Shown in pieces: positions 51,895 through 64,000 of a stretch of DNA of 64,000 nt (position 1 is the stretch's first letter; each line of letters opens with the position of its first letter). The notes under the pieces were generated by a model. The model had not been told where the DNA came from and searched no databases. It saw only the letters and a list, made by a program, of their open reading frames with translations. The translations under genes and the position numbers were made by a program. The stretch is from the NCBI RefSeq assembly GCF_001194135.2, contig NC_068983.1, forward strand, positions 103,356,836-103,420,835, read 5' to 3'. The DNA comes from Octopus bimaculoides (Eukaryota).

Positions 51895-52260
51895 ATCTTC
51901 CACTTTTCTATGTTTGCAGGGGTTGGATGAAATTTCATTGAAGCAGATTTTCTACACATAGATACCCTTCTTGTCACCAGTCCTCACCTGTTTCTAAGTA
52001 AAGAAATATTTCCCTATGACCTGATGTGTTTTCTCAGAATATTGGAAATGAAAAACATCATTTGCATGACAGTGATACTCGTTTACAACTATCATATGAA
52101 GTCAAGACGAGGAGACAGTAATACACACACACATACACATACGATGGGCTTCTTTCAGTTTCCACCTACAAAATCTACTCACAAGACTTTGGTTAGCCCA
52201 GAGCTAGAGTAGAAGACACTTGACCAACCATGCAGTGAGACAGAACCTGAGATCATGTAG
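51895..52260 (-). mobile_element. SINE family A'
   Basis: Collinear with the copies at 11870 and 45075/46686. Confidence 0.7.
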
Positions 52261-53732
52261 GTGTCTTTTTACAAGATACCTACATTGTGCCTAAGAACAG
52301 AGTAATTTCTTATTTGAAGCTCAACTTTAAAATGGTGAGGATAAAGGCCTTTTTGTTTTTCACCCCACCCAACACCCCAAGTCTGATATTTTATATAACA
52401 AAAAACAACTTTAATGTTTTCCAGTTGGTTGGCTAGAGAGAAAGGTATTTCCTTTCTCTCAAATAAGAAAGTAATCAAGACGAGCTTTGCTTTCATTAAA
52501 TGAAACATGGTTTTATAATCTTCAATTTCTTTAATCTTGTTTAGATCCAAGAACAGGTTAGAGATATTAGTTTCTCTGACAAAAACGTAACAAGTTGCCA
52601 GCTAGACTAGATTTATGTTTAAAATTATGTTAGCAACTATTAACTAAGTAAAATACCTTTCCAACATGATTGTGCTGAAGACAGTTAATACAAAGAATAT
52701 GACTCATGTTTATAACAATGTAACAGTTTATCAACCAGCAAAGCTTTGCTGATATCTAAAATAATAAAGATAAAAAAGACCCATTGCTATACTAAGTTCT
52801 CTCCCTACCTCTGTTACAACTATAATGAACTCTTACAACTTGCTATAACATCAACCACAGTGTTTCTCATCTTAACACTAAGCAATCAAGTATATAGCAC
52901 GTTATTATTTTTTTTTCAAAGAATTGCTGCCCTGAAACACCTCTTCCCTGCTGTGTATTTCCTTCCCAAAAAAGCAACCGGCAAAGCTTCTAAGCTTCAA
53001 GCTCCATATATCAATTCCCACAATGTAATGCTTGATTTCAACTTACTGATCACAGAATATTGTCTGCTGTCTGCAATCCCACAAAGAGCAGTACTATTTA
53101 TCTCTGAACACATACATACACAAACAAGCCTATATATATATATATNNNNNNNNNNNNNNNNNNNNNNNNNNNNNNNNNNNNNNNNNNNNNNNNNNNNNNN
53201 NNNNNNNNNNNNNNNNNNNNNNNNNNNNNNNNNNNNNNNNNNNNNNNNNNNNNNNNNNNNNNNNNNNNNNNNNNNNNNNNNNNNNNNNNNNNNNNNNNNN
53301 NNNNNNNNNNNNNNNNNNNNNNNNNNNNNNNNNNNNNNNNNNNNNNNNNNNNNNNNNNNNNNNNNNNNNNNNNNNNNNNNNNNNNNNNNNNNNNNNNNNN
53401 NNNNNNNNNNNNNNNNNNNNNNNNNNNNNNNNNNNNNNNNNNNNNNNNNNNNNNNNNNNNNNNNNNNNNNNNNNNNNNNNNNNNNNNNNNNNNNNNNNNN
53501 NNNNNNNNNNNNNNNNNNNNNNNNNNNNNNNNNNNNNNNNNNNNNNNNNNNNNNNNNNNNNNNNNNNNNNNNNNNNNNNNNNNNNNNNNNNNNNNNNNNN
53601 NNNNNNNNNNNNNNNNNNNNNNNNNNNNNNNNNNNNNNNNNNNNNNNNNNNNNNNNNNNNNNNNNNNNNNNNNNNNNNNNNNNNNNNNNNNNNNNNNNNN
53701 NNNNNNNNNNNNNNNNNNNNNNNNNNNNNNNN

Positions 53733-53777
<45 letters not shown>

Positions 53778-54760
53778 GCATGCAACTAATAATTCAATAA
53801 TATAATGTGCTTCTAAGCCTTGTTTAAAATCAAGGTTAACTAAGTTCTTTGGATGCTGATCTCCCAGTCAAAAAGTTGTTGATTCATATCACATCTTCTG
53901 CAGAAATGTTGTCATTAACAAACATACGAAATGTTAATGGCTCAATTCAATAAAAGCTGTATCTGTTAAAAGGAAGTGTGGAGAACCATGATTGTATATA
54001 ACAGACAAATGTTTCATTAGTTTGCACTGCTCAGCCCCCACCAAAATGGTGCTTCCAATCCTATACTGTCTCTTATCATTAACCATTCACTTTACAATAT
54101 ATAAAACAATGGCATGTAATTCTGATATCAACTAGATTGTGTAAAAATATCAATGCAACATTCTGCTGTGCAATGCTGATATCCTATACAACAAATACAG
54201 CTAATATCTAATACACCAATTACTAGTATCCAATACAATAAGTACGCATCTACTATGCTGCTGATAAAAAAGAAAGCCTTTATCACCTATGTTATGTAAA
54301 ATTAGAAGCTAAGCAAAATAAATGTTTATACTGTAGTGATATTGTATACAACTAACTCAACAATATATTGACTTGAATGTGCAGAAACATGGATTAACTA
54401 CCTAAAAATACTGATGTAACTGTTTTAAAACAGTGCTCTTGTAGTGCATCTGAGCACTGTATACAATAAGTTCATTATTTTATTTTTAAACCTTTAGTCA
54501 AATCCTGCTATTCCTTTATTCTTGCTATTCCTTTATTCCTTCAATTGGTCTTAGTAAAAATATATTAAAAACAAATCATCATCATAACTTACTGATCACA
54601 GTACTCCCCTATGAAAAAACTGGCCTTGTAAAGGAAGGCATCACTATCACAACTCCTTAACTCTTCATGCTGTTGAATGGGTGCTGGTGTGCCCTAAAGT
54701 TTGTCTTTGACATTTTAAACTTAAAAGAGCTCATCCTACTCAAGGCCTAACAGCAGCTAA

Positions 54761-54842
<82 letters not shown>

Positions 54843-54855
54843 GAAGAAAGAAACA

Positions 54856-54899
<44 letters not shown>

Positions 54900-56429
54900 A
54901 AAAGAGTCAGCTCCAAAATCCAAGTGGACATCAGTGAGATATGAACTCAGAGAGCTGGAATGAATACTTTCAAAGTATTTTATCCAATGTTCTGATTCAA
55001 CCAATTCACTGCCTTACAATCTATACAATAAGAAAGCAATAAGTCAGTTTAGAAATCTAACAACTGATTCTAAGATATGTTGTAGATATCTAATACAATG
55101 TACACAAGTAGTAACTCAGTTAATACAACAGCAACTGACTTAGAAGCTATGCAGAGATTTCTAGAACAAAGTTTCCAACTGTTTAACTCAAGGACTTTGC
55201 CAACAATACAACAATTTGCCAAGTAAGATTCATATTTAAAACAATGCAGACAACAACTGTTAACTTCAAGGTAGCCAATTATTTAACAAAACAAAACAAA
55301 GAAAAGAAATGAAAAAAAAGAATAGTTCAATTGTGGTACACATACTTAGTCAAAAGAAAACTAAATAAACAAACAAATAAATATATAGAGAAAGAAAGAA
55401 AGAAAGAAAGGAAAAACCTTCTACTTCCCTAGCTATATACTACACTACGAAAAAGAAAAGTACTACTTCATTCCCCAGCCTCACTAATTATAGAGATTGC
55501 AAGAAGAGGAGGGGAAAAAACTAGCATCTTTTGTTACAGAAAGATAAAATAGTCACAGTCAGACTCTTTTCTCTATCGGGTTTGCTTGTTATCTTCAAAC
55601 CCCACACTAAGATGGCTATCAGATTTTAAAGCTTGAAATTCCAAAGAGATTACATGAAGCTATGTTGGGCAATCTTTATCTCTTTATGCACAATATTATC
55701 TAGAAGTGATTTTTCCACAAAACAAAAAAATTAAAAAAAATTTTTTAAACAATAAAAACTGTCTTTATTAGCAAAGATATACTCTATTTTTGTACAGGGT
55801 TTATTTTACCCTTCCGGTTCGATTTGGTTGGGTTTAATTTAGATTTTGATATTTTTTATTTATTTATTTATTTATTTGCTCCTGTATGAGCAGTTTAATA
55901 AAATGCATAATATCAGTTTGTCTGTGAGTATGAGAGGATGATGATTTGAGAAGGTTGGGGGGGGGGGGGAAGCAAAATAGATGAAAAGGAGATGAGAAAG
56001 AAAAATAAGCAAACAAATATGAAAAAAGCAAGGAGGGAGAAAATGAGAAATAAGAAGAGAAAGTGTGGGAGAGAAAGGATAAAAAAGAAGAGAAAGAAAC
56101 AAGGAAAGATGGTTTAAAAGAAAAAGGGAAGAGAGTGATAAGAAAGAAAACATTAAAATACAAGACAAATTTATTTTAGAGAGTGTGTTTCTATAAAATA
56201 ATACTCTCCAAGAGAGTGGAGGTGGATAAGAATTTAAAAAAAAAAACCTATGATGATGATGATGATGATGATGATAATAATAATACAGTATAATGAGTTG
56301 AGGCCATTTCATTATACATGGCTGAATAATCAAAAGATAGCACAGCAATAATCTGGAGCACAAAGCAAAGAGCAGGAAACCATTTGTCAGACATTAAAGA
56401 AAAACGATGTGATGTAGAAGGTTAGATTT

Positions 56430-56565
<136 letters not shown>

Positions 56566-57182
56566 TACTAAGCAGAAGATGAACCTGTTTTCATGATATA
56601 ATTTATTTGGTTATTAATAATTCATATTCACTTCTACAGCAAAAAAACATACACACATATACACAAAAAATGCTAATGATTAAAAAAAAAAATAAAGAGA
56701 TTTTCAAACGGATGAGTGTCGTTAAATTGATGAAGTTTGCTTTTAAAAGTTATAAAAATCTAGAAAAGAAAAAAAAAATGGAATGTTTATATTTTACAAT
56801 CAATGAAAAGTAAAGTTTATTTACATTATTTAAATATGAAAAGTTTAAAGTGGGCCAGTCTTTTTAGATAAACCTCCAAGATAAAAGAAAACAACACATG
56901 TACAATAACACAGGAAAGGTCATTGAACTATTTGGTAAAGAATGAATACCAAATATTCTCTTCTTTCTCTTCTTTAGCTTCTGCTCATTTAAGGTTATCC
57001 ACGCAAAACAAATGGCTCATGAGACTGAGAATGAAGAAATATAATCCATTTGAATCATTATATTTTAAACTGAATTAAACTAGTAAATGTCGAGTGTCCA
57101 GCATATATAAATGTATGCATTATATTACATATATACAATATTATATGTTAAATTATCTCTCTCTCTCATACACATACATACT

Positions 57183-57213
<31 letters not shown>

Positions 57214-57426
57214 TTGTAGTGCATAAATACATGTAGGAATTGCATATATATACATATATATATATATGCACACACACCACACTACATACACACATATTTT
57301 AGTGGATATTGCAAAATTTCAATAGCTCACAGTAATTTGTAATTTCATCCTGTGCAGCAGCACATGCTTGAATCGAAACTATTAGTCACTGAAAGTATTG
57401 AGCTCTTACTACCCACAAATAACTAT

Positions 57427-57499
<73 letters not shown>

Positions 57500-57793
57500 T
57501 GTATGTATGTATCCATTCACACAAACAGACAAACACAAACGTCTGTGCCTTTTATCAGACATATATTTATATTGGAGCAGACTCTTAATGCTTTAGACAG
57601 AGCTTGGAATTTTAAATATCAAAGCCATATAATTGATGCTGTATACATAGAGTATTTATGTGCTCTCTCTCCAGCTACCTCTCATAAAAATGAAAGACAT
57701 ATGTTAAAATAGGATTTATTATTTACAATCATTTATATACCTTAGGCATGCACAGCATGCCTTACATTCATGCAGGATATGCCATTGATTTTA

Positions 57794-57828
<35 letters not shown>

Positions 57829-57829
57829 A

Positions 57830-58310
57830 CAGGGCATGGTTGTGTGGTTAAGAAGTTTGCTTCCCAAATACATGGTTTTGGATTCAGTCCCACTACATTG
57901 CACATTAGGCAAGTGTCTTCTATAAAAGCCCTGAACGACCAAAGCCTTGCAAGTGGATATCATAGACAGGTGACAGAAAATGTGCCTTGTTAAATTCTGT
58001 CTAACCCATGTATATGTATATGGAAAAGTCTATGATAAAATACTGAGGCTTTATACAAATACATGTATAAAATTTGCTTCCCAACAGCATGGTTTTGAGT
58101 TCAGCCCTACTAAATGACTTTTTAAGCAAATATCTTCTACTGGGAGGATTTGGTAGATAGAAACTGAAAGAAGCCTGTCATGTGTGTGTGTGTTTGTGTA
58201 TGCTTGTATGTATGCATGTATATATGTTTGTGTGTGTGTGTGTGTATTTCTTTTATTTGTTACAGTCATTAGGCTGCAGCTATGCTGGAGCACTGCCTTC
58301 AAGAATTTGA
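57830..58310. mobile_element. SINE family A fragments
   Basis: Two plus-strand heads (57830, ~58068) and a minus-strand tail fragment (~58250-58310). Confidence 0.7.
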
Positions 58311-60391
58311 CAATGTCTCTTCTAATCAAAACTATAGGAGCAAAATCGAGATGAACTGAGTCCATGATTCAGCAACTGAAGTCTCAATGTTCAAGAGCAG
58401 GCCACTTAATAGTGAAACTAATAAAAAGAAGAAAAAAATCTCAAGTTTCATGCCTGATCCAACGATAACAGAATGGCAAATCCCTAATAGTGAAATGTTT
58501 TGTCTATTGTTGACTTCTAAAGTGAGTATAATCGCTATCTTCCTTTAATATCAGCTCCAGTCATTTCAAAGAACACCATTGTTTACAAATGTCTTGGAAA
58601 AGGCATGAATATCATTACATTTCTCATTCCCAAAAAATCTGAGCCTGAATCTTGTGCAAAAAAAAAAAAAATTACACATGCCATTTATACTCTCGAAAAC
58701 CATGAGACGGATGAGATCCCACTAGATTTTCCCTTTTTTTTTTTTTTTTTTNNNNNNNNNNNNNNNNNNNNNNNNNNNNNNNNNNNNNNNNNNNNNNNNN
58801 NNNNNNNNNNNNNNNNNNNNNNNNNNNNNNNNNNNNNNNNNNNNNNNNNNNNNNNNNNNNNNNNNNNNNNNNNNNNNNNNNNNNNNNNNNNNNNNNNNNN
58901 NNNNNNNNNNNNNNNNNNNNNNNNNNNNNNNNNNNNNNNNNNNNNNNNNNNNNNNNNNNNNNNNNNNNNNNNNNNNNNNNNNNNNNNNNNNNNNNNNNNN
59001 NNNNNNNNNNNNNNNNNNNNNNNNNNNNNNNNNNNNNNNNNNNNNNNNNNNNNNNNNNNNNNNNNNNNNNNNNNNNNNNNNNNNNNNNNNNNNNNNNNNN
59101 NNNNNNNNNNNNNNNNNNNNNNNNNNNNNNNNNNNNNNNNNNNNNNNNNNNNNNNNNNNNNNNNNNNNNNNNNNNNNNNNNNNNNNNNGGATCTGAAGTC
59201 ATCATCCCCTCCTCCTTTTACTTAAAAGGATTTCCTTTGCCAGTTGTTTTGTCTGAGATTTTTTTTATTGCAAAATCAATTCTAATGAACGGAGTGCACT
59301 GGCTCCAGATGAAAAAAAAAAAATAAATGTCTCAGTGACCTTGCTGGCTGCTGACAGTGTTGAACGGAACGAGGAGTAGAGAATCCCAGCTTAAAACATA
59401 GAGTTACCTCCCTTACTTCTCCGGTTCCAGACATTTGTTGTTTTGAAAATTATAGATTCAATAAACAATTTTTTTTATTAAAAGTAAGTTTGCTTTTACG
59501 CACGAGAGAAAAAAAGAAAATATTCTCAGAAAGCTAGAGCTTTATTTTTTAACATATCGTTAAACTTAATATATTACTATTTCAATACATGAGCAGTAAG
59601 AGTAGGAAGTATGATATTACAGTTTAAAACTGGCTGAAACGAATGTTCAGAGAGATTATTCACATTTATACTACTTTCTAATCGACATCTAGTAACTTAA
59701 TAGTTAAATTAATGGTCGTGAGTCAAAGAGGAAGCTTCTACGCTTGACCTGCTAAAAACAGTAACTGAATATTCCATTAGCTCTCATATTACTTACAATC
59801 TTTAAAAACAAAACCAAAAAAAAAACACCTTAAATAATGTAGACCTAGATATATTGTCTAACAAAAACTAGAATAAGTGAGGGTGGTCAATATTCGAAAC
59901 AATCTCGATCATATATCAGCCTTATCTGAGATCACCTGGGACTATGGATTAAACAATTACCATTTAGTCGATTGACGTATTTCGTATCACAGTGCTTTAC
60001 AGGAAGTTTAATTCTAGGATGCAAATCTACAACTTAGAAAATCCTCTGTGTGTGCGTGCGCGCGCTGAAATGCGTGTGTCACATCCTATAGTGCACTCAC
60101 AGTAAATGGGACAANNNNNNNNNNNNNNNNNNGGGGGGGGGTGTAAGAGACGAATTCCTAGTTGTGACGTGGCATTAAAATTTATTAACTGGTAATTTAC
60201 TATTTTAAGTAAGTTCAAGTGACAGAAAGGATATACCATATGACATATATAAATAGCGGATATTTCGTTTCCATCTCGTTCTATTCCGTTTTCCAATCGT
60301 TTTGGAACTCAATTGTAATCACCACTCCTCGCTGTAATGTCATTATTTACTCTTTTTTTCCCCCCTGGTGCATCTAAACCTTTAGTTTTTA

Positions 60392-60628
60392 GGTACTACT
60401 AAAGCAGCGCGGACCCGAACGCGCAGTCGCGCGTCCACGCTAGCTAGTCGTGAGTGGTCGATCCTAACCCTAACCCTAACCCTAAACACGTATTCATTTG
60501 CACACGCGGGTTAGGGATAGGGTTAGGGTTAGGGTTAGGGACAGGGTTAGGGTTAAGATCGACCACTCAAGACTAGCTAGCGCGGACGCGCGACTGCGCG
60601 TTCGGGTCCGCGCTGCTTTAGTAGTACC
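60392..60628. mobile_element. Non-autonomous foldback DNA transposon (Mutator/MULE-like by 9-bp TSD) with internal telomeric-repeat arrays
   Basis: TIRs of ~82 bp starting GGTACTACTAAAGCAGCGCGG, 3 mismatches. Perfect 9-bp direct repeat TAGTTTTTA at 60383-60391 and 60629-60637. (CCCTAA)n in the left arm, (TTAGGG)n-like array in the right arm. Confidence 0.85.
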
Positions 60629-61083
60629 TAGTTTTTATTTTGCTTCTTTATTGTTTATTTAATTATTCTCTACCTTCGTTTAAAGCAAAAATTTTCGGAA
60701 TCTAATAGTTATGTCCCTTTGCAATCTGAGCTTAAATCCCACGGGAGTCGAGTTTTGCCTTTCCCTCTTTCTGGTGAGGAGAAAACAAGTACTGACCACA
60801 AGTAGCAGATTAAATAGGCGACTGAGATTCCTTTTGGAAAATTACTGGACTTGTATGTTTGAAACGATTAATTTTAATGTTAGTTATACACACACACATA
60901 ACTGAGCTTTATTTATAAACATGGGATCTTTATGATTTGACGGGCAACATTTTTTTATGTAGTGTTTTTGGTACCGAAACACTTTCAAACTTCGAATACT
61001 TGTATATTAAATTTAAACACAACCTACAAACACTCCACAACTGCTGCCACAATAACTAATGCAGCTTCAATTGAATCCCAAGA

Positions 61084-61153
61084 CTACTTGGCCAAATATG
61101 TGAATAGAAAGCGCGCGCGCATTAGCTCTGTGTTCACATATTTGGCCAAGTAG
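61084..61153. repeat. 70-bp hairpin with a perfect 21-bp inverted repeat
   Basis: CTACTTGGCCAAATATGTGAA (61084-61104) and its exact reverse complement (61133-61153), with (GC)5 in the loop. Confidence 0.85.
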
Positions 61154-62871
61154 CCGGTGTCAGTTGCTTTACTGATGTAAGTAACACTTCGTAAATCAAA
61201 GAGAACGAGGATAACTACAGACAACTTTCGAAACTTCCAGCTACTATACCCAAATGATTATATATTCATATATATATACTAGTAATAATTTATGCAGTTT
61301 GTTTTATAAATGCTAAAGTCAATCTGGGAAAGCTAAGGTTTTCAGAAAAACATATCAACCAATGAACACGAACATTGCAAATATAATCTATCAGTGGAAC
61401 AGTAAAAATATTCAATAATTTCCTCAAGTTGAAAATGTGATACTGCTTTGGTTATTTCTACAATCCAATGATGAGGCTTTGTATCTTCCTTAGAAACATG
61501 TCCCTTCCTTACAAAGAGATTTCAAACAATCAGAACAGAAGAATACACACACATATATACGTATATACATACAAAGCAAGCAAGCAAACAAAATCTGTTT
61601 CAGCAATTGGACTGTGGCTCTATACTTGATCACTGTGTTTTGGTTATAAATGATTATATCAAATCAAACCTAAAACTTGTAGACTGGTATATTATGCTAT
61701 TTTACTGATATATTATACTATTTTACTGGATTTAGGCCAGGTTAACCTTAAATACACACACACTCACACAGATACATACATACACACATGTATACACACA
61801 CACACACATATATATATTTGACCTTGCCTAATGGATTCATATGAACTCGTGTTACTACATACACATAAGACATTAGGTTTTGTTATGTAATGAACGTGGT
61901 TGCAGTATTAGCGATGGTTCACTCAAAACAGCTGTCAAGAGACTATTACATAACTTTTTTTCATTTAATCTGTAATTATTTTTTACTCTGTATTTTGAAT
62001 TCCGTGTAAATATACTCATTCAGCTCACTTGTGTTTATCTGTCTTTCTACATATACACACACACAGTGGGGTGTCATATTAGCTACTGTTTTATTTAAAT
62101 TATGCTACTTACATTATTTTACCTTCCATGTCTGGTATATGATACACAATTAAAAAACATAAATTAAGAAACATCAAGACAGGAAATTTTCCAAACATTA
62201 AGAAATTTTCAATTTTTTTTTCCTCCTACATTCATTCATTCTCACAGTATATTACATGCATTCTCTCTATCTCCCACACACACACACATAATCATGGCAC
62301 ATACATACATACATACACATACACATACATACATCATGTACACACAAACACATTATCATGTACATACAGAAAAAAAAAATACCACCATTATGTTTTGTCT
62401 TTTTGTACCATGCCTGGCTACAGTTGGCACCACCCAAAAGTATAGGGTAGTTCTGTTCTGAATATATAAAGTGTATAAGATTCTCTTTGTTACAACATGT
62501 ATAATTGGAGCAGAAGCGTTTTCTTTTTTGCATTTTTTAATTCGTATTTTACGTATCATTTTTGTTTTCTTCAATGATTTTATTTACTTTTTTTATTTTG
62601 GTTGGTTGGTTGGTTGGTACATTTATTTTATTTAAGCATTTTTTTTTCATTTGCAAATCTATGTTTCATTCTATTCAATACCAACATTTTGTGTGCGTGT
62701 GTGTATGTGGGGTGGTGGTGAGCACACATAATTTTGTTGAAATGGTATTTGATACAGAATAGATTTTTTTGTATAAAATATGATACAAAAAACCTGAACA
62801 CATATTTGAAGAAAATACGTGTGTGTGTAATATGTGTTAATGTGTATATTCATATATGCTTATATATTATA

Positions 62872-62911
<40 letters not shown>

Positions 62912-63349
62912 CATCATATGCGATAGGTGAAAATAGCTGGAAAGAAGACAAAGATGTTGGTAATGATGTGTTGGAGTATAGAGTCAAAGTACAAGAAGGT
63001 GAATATGAGAAAGAATATAGACTGAAGATGGGGAGGTGTGGGTGGATAAGTTCATATATGTGTGAGAGGAGAGTGACAGGTGGCTATGGATGGGGTAAAA
63101 GATGTGGTGAATGATGTATAACAGTGAAGTGTGAAGGAGAAGGTGAAAGAAACAGCTCATGAAAAAGGTGATAACTGGCAATACAGGAAGGATTGAAGAG
63201 CAACAGTATAAGCCTATAAGTAAATCAGAAAATAGGCAACGCTGGTAAACAGACTAGAATATATATATATATATATATATAACCCATGCTAGCATGGAAA
63301 GCGGACGTTAAACGATGATGATGATGATGATGATATATATACACACACA

Positions 63350-63503
63350 CACGCCGGAAGCTCAAATACGAATATTTCAGTGTTTGGGTGTCAATCTGAG
63401 GACAGTGCATCTAACAAGAATGATAAAAATCAAACATCCAGTCAAAATCATGGTGTTTGCAGTTATCACTAGTGATAGTGACATTATGCCTCCTTTCATT
63501 TTC

Positions 63504-63505
<2 letters not shown>
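63350..63505 (+). mobile_element. Tc1/maT-like transposase fragment
   Basis: Translates as ...KHPVKIMVFAVITSDSDIMPPFIF, resembling the KHP.SVMVW......G....PP.F block of Tc1/maT transposases. Confidence 0.6.
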
Positions 63506-63506
<1 letters not shown>

Positions 63507-63543
<37 letters not shown>

Positions 63544-63553
63544 NNNNNNNNNN

Positions 63554-63595
<42 letters not shown>

Positions 63596-63864
63596 CTCAT
63601 CATCATTTAAATATACACATATAAATATACATACATATACATGTATATATATACATTCATATATATACATATATGTATACATATATATATACATATATAT
63701 ATACACATATATATACATATATATACATATATCTATACATATATATATACATATATGTATACATATATGTATACATATATATATATATATATGTATACAT
63801 ATATATATATGTATACATATATATATGTATACATATATATATGTATATATATATATATGTGTAT
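63507..63864. repeat. Compound (TA)n/(TACA)n microsatellite
   Basis: Seen directly. It accounts for the overlapping Y/I/M-rich ORFs. Confidence 0.95.
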
Positions 63865-64000
63865 ATCATCATCATCATCATCATCATCATCGTTTAACGT
63901 CCGCCTTCCATGCTAGCATGGGTTGGACGATTTGACTGAGGACTGGTGCAACCGGATGGCTACACCAGGCTCCAATCTAATTTGGCAGAGTTTCTACAGC
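63865..64000 (-). mobile_element. RTE-type 3' tail repeat (family B), continues beyond the window
   Basis: (CAT)n CGTTTAACGTCCGCCTTCCATGCTAGCATGGG... A short plus-strand tail of the same family lies at ~63280-63332. Confidence 0.85.

Larger units (their letters stand above)
59280..61200. promoter_or_regulatory. CpG-rich promoter-like region
   Basis: CpG dinucleotides return abruptly after ~52 kb of depletion. GCGCGC runs at ~60056 and 61111-61120, TGACGT (CRE-like) at ~59974 and ~60166. Lies upstream of the minus-strand exon. Confidence 0.5.

Noticed and set aside
59417-59434. Possible first coding micro-exon MSGTGE|GTAAGG
   Set aside because: It is phase 0 and would hit in-frame stops in the exon starting at 38024. 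At most a uORF or non-coding first exon; no independent support.
60465-60552. Chromosome end or telomere-fusion site
   Set aside because: The arrays are short, enclosed by TIRs and a TSD, and ordered CCCTAA then TTAGGG, the opposite of a fusion scar.

Overview
AT-rich, repeat-dense eukaryotic scaffold with many N-gaps and microsatellites. The tRNA-SINE and RTE-tail families look like those of octopus/cephalopod genomes; this is pattern recognition, not a database search. One convincing coding segment is present: a minus-strand 342-codon exon (37892-36868) with a good upstream acceptor and a GTGAGT donor. It encodes a disordered, internally repetitive N-terminus of an unidentified gene. The gene may span the CpG-depleted interval (~7-59 kb) from a CpG-rich promoter-like region at ~59.3-61.2 kb. 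The rest is mostly transposon-derived: four Tc1/mariner remnants, hAT and Tigger-type MITEs, RTE and R4/Dong-type LINE fragments, Penelope-like ends and several SINE families. Three structures stand out. (1) A young 237-bp foldback element with a 9-bp TSD (Mutator-like) whose arms end in inward-facing TTAGGG arrays, in the putative promoter. (2) A ~365-bp palindrome carrying two oppositely oriented, decayed minimal hammerhead ribozymes. (3) Perfect snap-back inverted duplications at the 5' junctions of retroelements from unrelated clades. SINE boundaries are approximate (about +/-20 bp).
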